From Patescibacteria group bacterium (GTDB taxonomy: Bacteria > Patescibacteriota > Patescibacteriia > Patescibacteriales > WJLG01), in assembly GCA_028716485.1 (NCBI GenBank), contig JAQUPS010000001.1, forward strand, positions 11,935 to 75,934: DNA of 64,000 bases. Direction: 5' to 3'. Each line of letters opens with the position of its first letter. Within the stretch, counting starts at the first letter, position 1. This document shows, one piece after another, positions 27,228 to 37,050 of the stretch. Below the pieces are notes generated by a model, which worked only from the letters and a program-made list of their open reading frames with translations, was not told the DNA's origin and ran no database searches. The translations under genes and the position numbers were made by a program.

Positions 27228-27692
27228 TCAAATCTTTTCAAATCTTATCGTCTTGCCGGCTTCATCAAGATAAAATCGCAGGCGGGAAAATTTTCCGGAC
27301 AAGGCGTCCTTAAGCCAATATTGGTCATCGTCCCACATTTCCGCGCGCGGAAAATTTTCTCTCTTGAACCATCTTAATTCGCCTTCGCCGCCATCTCGCA
27401 ATTCCCCTTCCCATTCTTTAACTGAAAAAACATGGACTGCCCAATTTTTCTGTTCGTGATCCGGCGGCCAGATATATTCGATATAGCCGATCTTTTCCAA
27501 ATTTTTCACTTACACTCCCGCCTCTTCCCGAATTTCCCTGATGGCTGCGGCCAAGATATCTTCGCCAGGTTCGGCTTTGCCGCCGACGCCATTCCATTTG
27601 CCAACGCCCAAACCGCGCGATTTTTTCTGCAACAGAATTTCGCCGTTATCGTTAATAAAATAATTCAAGCTGGCGACCGTAAAAATTTTCAT
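27228..27692 (-). pseudogene. NUDIX hydrolase (MutT-like) interrupted by a single in-frame TAA at 27510-27512
   Basis: ORFs 27510..27692 (Nudix box GGKAEPGEDILAAAIREIREEAGV) and 27228..27509 are in the same frame, separated only by TAA; the C-terminal part continues the NUDIX fold. Confidence 0.6.
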
Positions 27693-27695
27693 AAA

Positions 27696-27767
27696 AATGC
27701 TAAATGATGAGTGCTAAATGCTAAATTAAATAAAAAATTCAGCATTCATCATTTAGCATTTAGCATT
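27696..27767. repeat. Palindromic AATGCTA-heptamer element (copy 2) between the NUDIX start and the cca stop
   Basis: aatgctaaatgatgagtgctaaatgctaaatt...tcagcattcatcatttagcatttagcatt. Confidence 0.8.
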
Positions 27768-29256
27768 AGACTTTGAATTCCCGCTTCATCTGCCGGTCTT
27801 CTTCTTCGCGTTTTTCTTCTACCACTTCTTTGGATTTTTTTCTCAACTCGGCCGCATCCATTTTATTGAGTTCAATGGCGCGCTCGCTTAAATATTTTGG
27901 GTTATTGTTTTCCGGATTCTCGATCACTTCGGCTAAAAGCACATCTAAAATCTCCCCGATTTTCGGCGAGGGCGGAATTTTCAAGTCGTTCATCAAATCC
28001 GTGCCGTTGATTTTTAACATCTTTACCGAAACCGGATCATTCTGCACCCGCTCGAACATATATTGCAGATGGCGCAATTTATAAGGCTCGGCTTTGGGCG
28101 TGCCCGAACCTAAGCGGTCGGCAATGCGCAAGTCAATCAAATCCTTTAAATTTTCCTTGCCGACTTTCTTGATTAAGCGGCGCACCGAAGCGGCGGTTAC
28201 TTCGCCGGCATTATAATAGAACATATGATGGCGAACCAGATTGACGATGCGCTCCGAATCGGCGGCGGAAAATTTCAAACTGCGGCAAAGGCGGTCAGCC
28301 AGGCGGGCGCCGACATATTCGTGATTATAAAAAGTGGCGATGCCATTGATTATTTTTTTCGTTTTCGGCTTGCCGATGTCGTGGATCAGCGCGGCAAAAC
28401 GCACCTGCCATTCCTTTGCCGGACAAGTTTTTAGCGACAAAACGCCATGCTCAAAAACCGTATAGATATGATGCCGACTTTGCTCGATGCCCACGCCCTG
28501 TTCTAATTCGGGAATGATATATTGCAATAATTTAGTATTATGCAAAGCCATAATGCCGTCATACGGGCGGTCGGATTGCAGAATCTTAATCAATTCCACG
28601 GCTACCCGTTCGCGGGCGATGAATTTCAAAGACCCGGCCATCTTAACGATGGCACGCTCGGTTTTCGGCTCAATGGAAAAATTAAGCTGGGCGGCAAAAC
28701 GGATCGCCCGCATCATCCGCAACGCGTCTTCCTTAAAACGGTCATACGGTTCACCCACGGCGCGAACAATTTTTTTCTTCAAATCTTTTACTCCGCCGAA
28801 CAAATCAATGATCTGATAACTTTCCTGCACAATCACAAATCTTGCCAGATCTTCTTTTAAAGGCAATTTGCTTTTTTCATTGCGCATTGCCAAAGCGTTA
28901 ATGGTAAAATCACGGCGCGCCAAATCCGCGTCAATGTCTTTTTCAAACTTGACCTCATCCGGCCGGCGGCGGTCGGAATAGCCTTGCTCGGAACGATAAG
29001 TGGTAACCTCAATTGCATCCAGCACTTCCTCTTTTTCATTTTTTACCGGCAAGATAACCGTACCGAAAATATTTTCATAATGCGCTTCGGGGAAAATTTT
29101 CAGCATTTGTTCCGGCAAGGCATTCGTCGTTAAATCCCAATCGTTCGGTGTCTTATCCATTAAAAAATCCCGCACGCAGCCGCCTACGATCCACGCCTCA
29201 AAATTATTTTTTTCCAGCGTTTTAATTATTTCCTCAAGATATCTTGGAATAACCAT
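27766..29256 (-). CDS. cca: CCA-adding tRNA nucleotidyltransferase with C-terminal HD domain
   Basis: GGCVRDFLMDKTPNDWDLTT, RRDFTINALA, HD motif HDIGKPKT. Confidence 0.9.
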   Translation of the reverse strand: MVIPRYLEEIIKTLEKNNFEAWIVGGCVRDFLMDKTPNDWDLTTNALPEQMLKIFPEAHYENIFGTVILPVKNEKEEVLDAIEVTTYRSEQGYSDRRRPDEVKFEKDIDADLARRDFTINALAMRNEKSKLPLKEDLARFVIVQESYQIIDLFGGVKDLKKKIVRAVGEPYDRFKEDALRMMRAIRFAAQLNFSIEPKTERAIVKMAGSLKFIARERVAVELIKILQSDRPYDGIMALHNTKLLQYIIPELEQGVGIEQSRHHIYTVFEHGVLSLKTCPAKEWQVRFAALIHDIGKPKTKKIINGIATFYNHEYVGARLADRLCRSLKFSAADSERIVNLVRHHMFYYNAGEVTAASVRRLIKKVGKENLKDLIDLRIADRLGSGTPKAEPYKLRHLQYMFERVQNDPVSVKMLKINGTDLMNDLKIPPSPKIGEILDVLLAEVIENPENNNPKYLSERAIELNKMDAAELRKKSKEVVEEKREEEDRQMKREFKV

Positions 29257-29364
29257 AGTTAATAAAATCTCAATTTAAAATTTTAAAATAAATCAAAATA
29301 TCTAAATTATAAATTCTTAAATTTCTGATTTGAAATTTTTTTTAAAATTTAAAATTGTGATTTG

Positions 29365-30309
29365 TTATTTTAATATGACTATTTCTTCTTCCAACTCTAC
29401 CTTGAATCTTATTTTTATTTCTTTCTTCACAAAATCGATTAATTCCATCACGTCGCGAGCAGTGGCGCGGCCGGTGTTGACGATGAAGTTAGCGTGCTCG
29501 AGGGAAATTTTGGCGCCGCCGACGGCTTTGCCTTTCAGGCCATGCATATCGATCAAATAGCCGGCGCCGACCTTGCCGCCTTTCGCCACGCCCTGCTCAT
29601 CGATGAATTCGGCCAGTTGCGGATTGATGTGGCGGACGTCGTCCAAAAATAAATTCTTGAATGTTGATCCGGCGCTGGGCAAACGGGGCTGGCTGGTGTC
29701 GCGCTTCTTCATATTATTTTCCACCATCTCGTTTATCTGTTCGGCCGGAGCCGGTTTCAAACGCAAAGTCGCCGACCAAATTATCAAATCCGGATCAGTT
29801 TTAAAAATGCTGGCGCGATAACCGAACTGGCAATCCTTCTGGCTTAAAGTTTCCCAGCGGCTTTTTTTAAGATTATAAGCTTCAACTGTTTCAATCACTT
29901 CGCCGGTATTCATCCCGAAGCCGCCGGCATTGCCGCGGATACAGCCGCCGATAGTCGCCTGCGGGATGCCAAAACCCCATTCCAGGCCGGATAATCCCGC
30001 CGAGCGAGCCAAAGAAATGACATAAGATAGAGACGCGCCGGCGCCGCAGGAAAAACGCGGCGACAAATTCATCGCTTCGCGATTGGCAAATTTTATCACC
30101 ATGCCCGGCAAGCCTTCATCGGCGATCAATAAATTGCTGCCGCCGCCCAAACAATAAATATTTTCCTTTTCTTTTTTAGCCCATTCCACCGCCTCAACCA
30201 GATCTTCCTTGGTTTTCACTTCAATAAAAAACTTGGCCGGCCCCCCGATTTTGAAGGTGGTCAGCTGCGCTAACGGCATATTCTTTTTGATTCTTCCTTC
30301 GATGCTCAT
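29365..30309 (-). CDS. murB: UDP-N-acetylenolpyruvoylglucosamine reductase
   Basis: FAD-binding pattern LGGGSNLL, catalytic-region GYRAS, MurB C-terminal domain. Confidence 0.9.
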   Translation of the reverse strand: MSIEGRIKKNMPLAQLTTFKIGGPAKFFIEVKTKEDLVEAVEWAKKEKENIYCLGGGSNLLIADEGLPGMVIKFANREAMNLSPRFSCGAGASLSYVISLARSAGLSGLEWGFGIPQATIGGCIRGNAGGFGMNTGEVIETVEAYNLKKSRWETLSQKDCQFGYRASIFKTDPDLIIWSATLRLKPAPAEQINEMVENNMKKRDTSQPRLPSAGSTFKNLFLDDVRHINPQLAEFIDEQGVAKGGKVGAGYLIDMHGLKGKAVGGAKISLEHANFIVNTGRATARDVMELIDFVKKEIKIRFKVELEEEIVILK

Positions 30310-30367
30310 TAAACTTTTTAAATCTAAATTTTAAATTTTAAAATAAATTAAAAATCTAAAAATCAAA

Positions 30368-30724
30368 TTACTTCTTTCTATCTATTTTATTCCTAATTGC
30401 CGCAAATATCAAAACAAGCTCGTGAGCTTCTTGCCAAAGCAATCTTAGTCTACACTTTATCCCTTCGTCAACTATGGCGCAAGCCAGCATTTCAATCCAA
30501 TATTTTGTTTCCCGCGCCTCCTTGATACAAATGCAAATTTTATTCCTGAAATCTCGATCAGAACTTCCGCCATTGGCTTCGTGATAATTGGCTCCGACGC
30601 TTGTCGCCGACCTAATTAATTGGCTGGCAATATTTCTATTTAAATCACTTAACCTTAAAGAATTTAACAAAATAATTATTTCTCGGCCAAACTCCTTGGT
30701 TCTGTTCTCTAAATCATAAATCAT
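30368..30724 (-). CDS. Four-helix-bundle protein (the family first described as the 23S rRNA intervening-sequence protein)
   Basis: 118 aa; ATSVGANYHEANGGSSDRDFRNKICICIKEARETKYW matches the family signature; own SD GGAGGCT. Confidence 0.7.
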   Translation of the reverse strand: MIYDLENRTKEFGREIIILLNSLRLSDLNRNIASQLIRSATSVGANYHEANGGSSDRDFRNKICICIKEARETKYWIEMLACAIVDEGIKCRLRLLWQEAHELVLIFAAIRNKIDRKK

Positions 30725-30766
30725 AGCCTCCTATTTTTATTTTTGATTTATTTTAAAATTTAAAAT

Positions 30767-32212
30767 TTAGATTTGGGATTTTATCAAGGCTTCTCCCACC
30801 CTAAACACGTCTCCCGCGCCGATGAGGATGATGATTTCATCGCGCTGAATATTTTCCCGCAAATATTTTTCGCATTCAGCCAAATCTTTGACGTGTATAA
30901 ATAATTTGTCCACCTTCGCTAAAGCTTCGGCGGACGCGGTCGGCAAAGCAGAGTTGGATTTGTTTGACTCATATTCGCGCATCTTTTCTATCAAATCTAA
31001 GCTGGAAACGCCGCCCTGCGTCTCGCGAGCCGAGCCATAAATATCCAAAACGATCACTTTATCAGCGTCGGAAAAACTTTGGGCGAATTCATTTAATAAA
31101 GCCTTGGTGCGCGTAAAAGTATGCGGATGGAAAACGGCCGTAATTTTATTTTTAGGATAAGCGGCGCGCGCGCCGGCCAGCGTCGCCCGAATTTCGGTCG
31201 GATGATGGCCGTAATCATCGATAACCGTCGCACCATTGAATTTGCCCATTATTTTAAAGCGCCGGTCGGTGCCAGAAAATTCTTCCAGATAAGTCCGGAT
31301 GTCTTTCAGGTCCGCGCCCAATTCGACGCTGGCGGCAATCACGGCCAGAGCATTGTAAATATTGTGTCGGCCGGAAAGCTGGATGGAAAAATCTCCGATC
31401 CCCTCGCCGTCCATTTTGACCTTAAAGAATTGTTTCAGACCCTGCTGTTTTATTTCGTAAGCAAAATAATCTACATCTTCCCTATTCAAAGCATAGCTGA
31501 TTATTTTTCCGCGGCAATTGACGTTGGCGATCTTGGCGATTTCCTCGTCATCGAAATTAGTTATCAGAAAGCCTTTCTTGGGAATTTTCTCGATGAATTT
31601 TACAAAGGCGTTGACATAGCTTTCCAGCGTCGGATAAAAATCATGATGGTCGTGGTCGATGTTATTCAATAAAACCGCTTTGGGGCTGTAATATTTTAAT
31701 TTATTCTGATATTCGTCGGCCTCAATGACCATATAATCAGAGCTGCCAAAAACGCCGGCGCCTTCGAATTGCTCCACGCGCGCGCCCACCAAAACGTTCG
31801 GTTTTAGGCCGGCTTTCCATAAAACATAGCCCAGCCAGGCGGTGGTCGTCGTCTTGCCGTGCGAGCCGCAAACGGCAATGCCATACATCTTATTAAAAAT
31901 TTCACCCAAAACTTCGGCATAAGTTAATGTCTTGATTTTTCCGGCCAGCGCCTTGGCAACCTCGCTATTTGTCTGCGCATTATATGCCGAAGAGTAAATA
32001 ATCAAATCAGCGTCAACCGGCGTATTGGCAGCGTCAAATCCCTGATTAATTTTAATTCCATATTTGGCCAAAATCTGATCAGTCATAAAAACTTCAGCCA
32101 CATCCGAACCGGAAACTTCATAACCCTTACTAACCAAAAACTGCGCCAACATTGTCATGCCCACGCCTTTGATGCCGATCATATAAACTTTTTTGAGTTT
32201 GGATAAATCCAC
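30767..32212 (-). CDS. murC: UDP-N-acetylmuramate--L-alanine ligase (probable GTG start)
   Basis: Mur ligase P-loop GSHGKTTTTAWLGYVL; catalytic and C-terminal domains present. Confidence 0.9.
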   Translation of the reverse strand: MDLSKLKKVYMIGIKGVGMTMLAQFLVSKGYEVSGSDVAEVFMTDQILAKYGIKINQGFDAANTPVDADLIIYSSAYNAQTNSEVAKALAGKIKTLTYAEVLGEIFNKMYGIAVCGSHGKTTTTAWLGYVLWKAGLKPNVLVGARVEQFEGAGVFGSSDYMVIEADEYQNKLKYYSPKAVLLNNIDHDHHDFYPTLESYVNAFVKFIEKIPKKGFLITNFDDEEIAKIANVNCRGKIISYALNREDVDYFAYEIKQQGLKQFFKVKMDGEGIGDFSIQLSGRHNIYNALAVIAASVELGADLKDIRTYLEEFSGTDRRFKIMGKFNGATVIDDYGHHPTEIRATLAGARAAYPKNKITAVFHPHTFTRTKALLNEFAQSFSDADKVIVLDIYGSARETQGGVSSLDLIEKMREYESNKSNSALPTASAEALAKVDKLFIHVKDLAECEKYLRENIQRDEIIILIGAGDVFRVGEALIKSQI

Positions 32213-32273
32213 AGCGGTAAATTTTAAAATCTAAATTTTAAAAAACTTTTCTTTCAATATTTTGATTTTGAAT

Positions 32274-33377
32274 TTATTTTAAAATTTGAATTTGAGATTT
32301 TAAGATTTTAATAATTGCCTCGTTCGCTCCTTCCTTGAACAACGCCTTAATATTTTTTCCGAGCGCTTCCCGCTCCCCTGCGTTATCCAGCAAAAATTTT
32401 ATCGCCGCCACGAACGAATCGCCGGTCAAAATTTTCTGGTTCAAGACCACGGCGGCGTTTTTTTCCACGAGCAAGGCGGCGTTGTCTTCCTGATGAGAGT
32501 CGGGCATTGGAATGACGATGGCCGGCTTGCCGGCCGAAGAAAGTTCGGCAAGCGTGCCGATACCGGCGCGGCAAACAACTAAATCGGCCGCGCTTAACGC
32601 CTCGGCCATTTCTTCGGAATTTAAAAATTCGTAAGGGTGATAATTTTCATGGCGCTTGGTAATCATCTTTCCTTTGCCGGTCGAATGGATTATCTGACAA
32701 AAAGTAACCAGATTTTCCAAGCCCGCTTCCACCAATCTGTTTATTCCTTCCGCTCCCGTTCCTCCGCCGACGACGAAAACAACCGGCAAATCATTTTTTA
32801 AATTAAACTTTTCCGATATTTTTAATTTTTCATTTTTAATTTTTAATTGAGTCGGGTTCCCCGTCCAGACAGCTTTTTTTCCGTAATCGGCCAATGATTT
32901 TTCAAAAGTCACGGTGATGACGCGGGCAAACGGCGCCATTAGGCGATTAGCCAATCCGGGGCGGACATCCATCTGATGAATAATAATCGGAATCCGCAAA
33001 ATCCAGGCCGCCCAAACTACCGGCACGGCGACAAAACTGCCGGCCGACATTACCAGATCCGGCTTGACTTTGAGTAAAATAAAAAAGGATTGCCAAAAAG
33101 CCAGCTTAATTTTGGCCACGTCCAGAAAATTCCGCCAATCAAAATAACGGCGTAATTTTCCGGCCAAAATCGCCCGATACGGCAGTCCCGCTTCCTTGAC
33201 CATCTGTTTTTCAATACCTTCTTTCGTGCCGAGAAATAAAAAATCAAATCCGCCCTTGTCCGCCGCAGCCTTGGCGAAGGCGGATTGCGCGCGCAAATCT
33301 TCGGCAATGGCCAATAAAGGCGAAACCGAACCGGCCGTTCCCCCGCCGGTCAATATTATTTTCTTATGATTATCCAT
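32274..33377 (-). CDS. murG: Undecaprenyldiphospho-muramoylpentapeptide beta-N-acetylglucosaminyltransferase
   Basis: GGGTAGSVSPLLAIAEDL N-terminal motif, GT28 C-terminal domain. Confidence 0.9.
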   Translation of the reverse strand: MDNHKKIILTGGGTAGSVSPLLAIAEDLRAQSAFAKAAADKGGFDFLFLGTKEGIEKQMVKEAGLPYRAILAGKLRRYFDWRNFLDVAKIKLAFWQSFFILLKVKPDLVMSAGSFVAVPVVWAAWILRIPIIIHQMDVRPGLANRLMAPFARVITVTFEKSLADYGKKAVWTGNPTQLKIKNEKLKISEKFNLKNDLPVVFVVGGGTGAEGINRLVEAGLENLVTFCQIIHSTGKGKMITKRHENYHPYEFLNSEEMAEALSAADLVVCRAGIGTLAELSSAGKPAIVIPMPDSHQEDNAALLVEKNAAVVLNQKILTGDSFVAAIKFLLDNAGEREALGKNIKALFKEGANEAIIKILKSQIQILK

Positions 33378-33448
33378 GCCTCAATCTTAGACTAAAACAA
33401 AAAATAACTCAATAATGAGCTATTTTTTGAATATTTAAACTATTCTTA

Positions 33449-33799
33449 TTACATTCCGGCCGTTTGCGTCGGGCCACTGGCCTGTTTATTATGCTCTCTA
33501 TTAGCTTCGTTGATTTTTTTCTGCTCCGCTTGCAATTGTTCCAAAGTTTTGTTTTCACCCGTCTTTTCCGCGTATTGCGCGGCGCCGGCGCCCTTTCCTT
33601 TTATTTCCATGGTGGTTGAGACGTCCTTGCTAAAGTCAGCTTTATTTTCCGGAGCTTTTTCTCCTGCCATGATGCTTCCGGCCGTCAGACCGATTCCCAG
33701 CGCAGCAGCTTTAACAAAAGACTTGGCCTTGCTGCTTTTTGGAGTTTCTTCGGTTGTTTTCGGTTTTTCACCGCCAAAGATTTTTCCCATTCCAAACAT
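33449..33799 (-). CDS. Small low-complexity hypothetical protein inside the mur/fts cluster
   Basis: 116-aa ORF, Lys/Ala/Gly/Glu-rich, no motif. Confidence 0.35.
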   Translation of the reverse strand: MFGMGKIFGGEKPKTTEETPKSSKAKSFVKAAALGIGLTAGSIMAGEKAPENKADFSKDVSTTMEIKGKGAGAAQYAEKTGENKTLEQLQAEQKKINEANREHNKQASGPTQTAGM

Positions 33800-33890
33800 A
33801 AATTTTCCGTTAATTTATTAAAATGTCCTCCTTATTTTAATATTATATCACTCTTCACCCCAACAGTCAAGGTAAAATTTTTATCAAAAA

Positions 33891-35036
33891 TTATCTTCCG
33901 GATATGCTAACAGTCTGGCGGCTGATGTTAACGATAATTCCCAGACCGATCAGGGCGGCGATCAAGCTCGAACCTCCTTGGGAAACAAACGGCAAGGGCA
34001 CGCCGGTCATCGGAATCAGGCCGATGATTCCGCCGACGTTGAAAAAAGTCTGAATGGCGAGCCAGGAAGCCACGCCAACGCAAAGTAATTTGCCGAAAAG
34101 GTCGGGCGCGCGCTTGGCAATCAAAATTATCCGATAAAAAATAAAAACATAAAGTAAAAGAAAAGCGGCGGAGAAAACAAAACCGATCTCTTCGGCCATC
34201 ACCGCGAAAATCGAATCGCCGTAAACTTCCGGCAGATAAGCGAATTTTTGCCGCGACTGCCCCAAGCCGCGGCCGAAAATTCCTCCCGAACCCACAGCGA
34301 TGAGCGACTGGTTAAGCTGATAGCACTGAGCTTTCACATTAGCCGAAGGGTCAAAGGCGCATTGGAATCTTTCCATCTGGTAAGGCTTGAAATGAATCGC
34401 CACTGTCAGAGCCAGCGCGGCCAAAAGCAAGACGATGGCCAGATGAGAAATTTTTCCGCCGCCGACAAAATAAACGATCAAGGAAACGCTGCCGATGATG
34501 GCCAGTGTTCCCAAGTCCGGCTGTAAGAGCATTAGCGCGGCGATAACCAGCAAGACGGCCAGAAAGGGGCCGATCCCCTGCTTAAAATCATGTAAATCTT
34601 TGCGCCGGGCTTCCAGCCAGGCCGCCAGATAAATCAGGAAAAAAATCTTGACGAATTCCGAGGGCTGGACGGAAAAACCGAAAATATCCAGCCAGCTCTT
34701 TGCTGTGCCGCTTTGCCTGCTCAAGCCCGGAATAAAAACCAATGATAAAAAAATACAGGAAATAATCAAAAAGAAAAAAGCATACTTGCGCCAGAGGCGG
34801 TAATCGATGATATAGCAGACATAAAACAATACCAGGCCGACTGCCGCCACCAGCAATTGCCGCTTAAAAAAATAATCGCTTGAGCCGTAGCGGGTATAAG
34901 CGACCGCCGCCGAAGCCGAGGAAAGAAAAACCAGGCCGAGGACGATTAAAAGCCCGATGGAAATCAATAGTTTCTTATCGGGCTGATGGGCGGTTGAAGT
35001 ATTTCTTTGTTGGATTGGATGACCTACCTTAAACAT
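33891..35036 (-). CDS. ftsW: SEDS-family peptidoglycan glycosyltransferase (FtsW/RodA)
   Basis: 10-TM profile and FtsW/RodA signature residues; position within the dcw cluster. Confidence 0.85.
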   Translation of the reverse strand: MFKVGHPIQQRNTSTAHQPDKKLLISIGLLIVLGLVFLSSASAAVAYTRYGSSDYFFKRQLLVAAVGLVLFYVCYIIDYRLWRKYAFFFLIISCIFLSLVFIPGLSRQSGTAKSWLDIFGFSVQPSEFVKIFFLIYLAAWLEARRKDLHDFKQGIGPFLAVLLVIAALMLLQPDLGTLAIIGSVSLIVYFVGGGKISHLAIVLLLAALALTVAIHFKPYQMERFQCAFDPSANVKAQCYQLNQSLIAVGSGGIFGRGLGQSRQKFAYLPEVYGDSIFAVMAEEIGFVFSAAFLLLYVFIFYRIILIAKRAPDLFGKLLCVGVASWLAIQTFFNVGGIIGLIPMTGVPLPFVSQGGSSLIAALIGLGIIVNISRQTVSISGR

Positions 35037-35234
35037 ACAAAATTATAATGCCTATTTAAAAAATACGAAATGCGAAATTCTAAATTCGAAACAAATCCAA
35101 ATTTTCAAAATCCGAAATACTAAACATTTTGAATTTTGGTCATTCGAATTTTGGGCTTGTTTAGGATTTAGTGTTTAGAATTTCGGATTTACATTCATTG
35201 TACTCGCAAAGTTTTCATCATCGGTGTCACAAAC

Positions 35235-36272
35235 CTAAAATTTAATATCAAGAAAGAAGACGGCTAATCCGATGGCCGCGACAACGCCGGCGATCAGCCA
35301 AAACCGCATCACGATTTTCGGTTCCGACCAGCCCAGCGCCTGGAAATGATGATGAATCGGCGCGGATTTGAAAACTTTCTTGCCGCCGCGCAATTTTTTG
35401 GAAGTAAGCTGGATGATTACCGACAAAGATTCAATGACAAAAATGAAACCGACCAAGGGCAAAATAAAAACGCTGTTAGTCAATAAGGCGATGACGCCGA
35501 GCGCGATTCCCAAGCTCATTGCTCCGGTATCGCCCATATAAAATCGGGCGGGGGCGATGTTAAACCAGAGAAAAGCGGCCAGGGCGCCGATGATCACTCC
35601 GCAAAAAGCGGCTAAGTCATATCTGCCCAAAGCGAAAGAAATGACGGCAAAAGACGCAAAGGCGATCAACAAAGTTCCGCCGGCCAAGCCGTCCAGGCCG
35701 TCGGTTTCGTTGACGGAAAAAGCGGTAGCGACGATGACAAAAATAAAAAACGGAATATACCAGGCGCCGATTTCCAGATTTTTCCAGAATGGAATATGCA
35801 AAGTCGTCCAATCCAATTTAAAATAAAACCAGGCGGCGCCGAGCGCGGCGATAGCCGTATAAATAATCAGCCGATGTTTCATCCGCAGGCCACCCTTGCC
35901 TTGGCCGCGGACATCCAGCCAGTCGTCAAACAAGCCGACTATGGCGCTGAACAGCAAAATCGCCAGCGGCAAAAGAGTTTCCGGACGGGAAAAAAAGTTC
36001 AAGGCCGAAAGCCCGGGAAAAATCAATCCCAAAAAATAAAAAAAGGCGATAAAAATAGTTAGCGTTCCCCAGATCAAAATCCCGCCCATCGTCGGCGTGC
36101 CGGCTTTATGCAGATGCAAGGCGGTGAAGATCGGCGTATTGCCGTTGTTGCGGATTTGCTTGCCCAGTTTATATTTATACAAAAAGTGGGTCAAAATCGG
36201 CGCGCAGGCAAAAGCAAAAATAAAAGATAGCGAAGCGAGTAGTAAAATTCGGACAAGTTGGAGCTCGGGCAT
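35235..36272 (-). CDS. mraY: Phospho-N-acetylmuramoyl-pentapeptide transferase
   Basis: GTPTMGGILI, HHHFQALGWSE. The ORF-track start at 36290 is a GTG inside the heptamer array; the ATG at 36270-36272 is more likely. Confidence 0.9.
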   Translation of the reverse strand: MPELQLVRILLLASLSFIFAFACAPILTHFLYKYKLGKQIRNNGNTPIFTALHLHKAGTPTMGGILIWGTLTIFIAFFYFLGLIFPGLSALNFFSRPETLLPLAILLFSAIVGLFDDWLDVRGQGKGGLRMKHRLIIYTAIAALGAAWFYFKLDWTTLHIPFWKNLEIGAWYIPFFIFVIVATAFSVNETDGLDGLAGGTLLIAFASFAVISFALGRYDLAAFCGVIIGALAAFLWFNIAPARFYMGDTGAMSLGIALGVIALLTNSVFILPLVGFIFVIESLSVIIQLTSKKLRGGKKVFKSAPIHHHFQALGWSEPKIVMRFWLIAGVVAAIGLAVFFLDIKF

Positions 36273-36435
36273 ATTTTTTTCACGTAACACACATCACGCA
36301 ACACGCAACATGATGAGCGAATGATTTAATCAGCCAATCTGCTTTTTTTAAATAACCGTCTCACTGGTAAAATAGTAAAGAAAATTATTGACAAAAATAT
36401 TTTTCTTCCTATTTTTAAGTGCGGAAAAAACAAAT

Positions 36436-36547
36436 TGTTATGTGTTATGTGTTATGTGTTATGTGTTATGTGTTATGTGTTATGTGTTATGTGTTATGTG
36501 TTATGTGTTATGTGTTATGTGTTATGTGTTATGTGTTATGTGTTATG
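36436..36547. repeat. Tandem heptamer array, 16 x TGTTATG, between the 36553..36975 gene stop and the mraY upstream region
   Basis: Exact 7-nt periodicity over 112 nt. A related array GTTGCGT GTTGCGT GATGTGT GTTACGT abuts the mraY start (36273-36310). Confidence 0.95.
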
Positions 36548-36552
36548 GGAAA

Positions 36553-36975
36553 TTACCGGAAATTCATCCAATAGATCGGGCCAAGCGCCAAAGATAAAAA
36601 AATATTAACCATCAAGGCGGCGGCCAGAAGGATGTGGGCAATAAACTTAAAATCCTTTTTTTTCAAAAAGACGAACAACAGCAAAAAATTCAGCGCGCTG
36701 ACAAATAAGCCGAGAATGGGAATCATAAATAATTTGTTGGCATCGCCGACCAGATCAATGCCGAAATCAACGGTGAAGTGCAGGATCGTCAGGTTGCTGC
36801 CGACGCGGCGCGCGAAAAGCCAAACAAATCCCCAAAGCGAAATATTCTGTAAAAGGAGGATGGCCAGATAAACTTTGATAAAAAGCAAACCGAAAACTTC
36901 CGCCAAATTATAAGAAATTTTGCCTCTCAACAAATCAAGGTGATGATAAATTTCGGATAAACCAAGCATAAACAT
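36553..36975 (-). CDS. Small polytopic membrane protein, hypothetical
   Basis: 140 aa, 4 predicted TM. Confidence 0.5.
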   Translation of the reverse strand: MFMLGLSEIYHHLDLLRGKISYNLAEVFGLLFIKVYLAILLLQNISLWGFVWLFARRVGSNLTILHFTVDFGIDLVGDANKLFMIPILGLFVSALNFLLLFVFLKKKDFKFIAHILLAAALMVNIFLSLALGPIYWMNFR

Positions 36976-37050
36976 AATGCGAATCTACGAATTAGCGCGA
37001 ATGCCGCAAATAACGCGAATAATAAAAGTTAATTTTATTTTACCCGCTAT

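Noticed and set aside
27510-27512. Possibility that TAA is a sense codon (alternative genetic code)
   Set aside because: TAA, TAG and TGA each terminate well-aligned conserved proteins elsewhere in the window (ruvC, secA and lepB end in TAA; relA and hisS in TAG; ndk in TGA), so the standard code 11 applies. The NUDIX interruption is therefore treated as a pseudogene or error.
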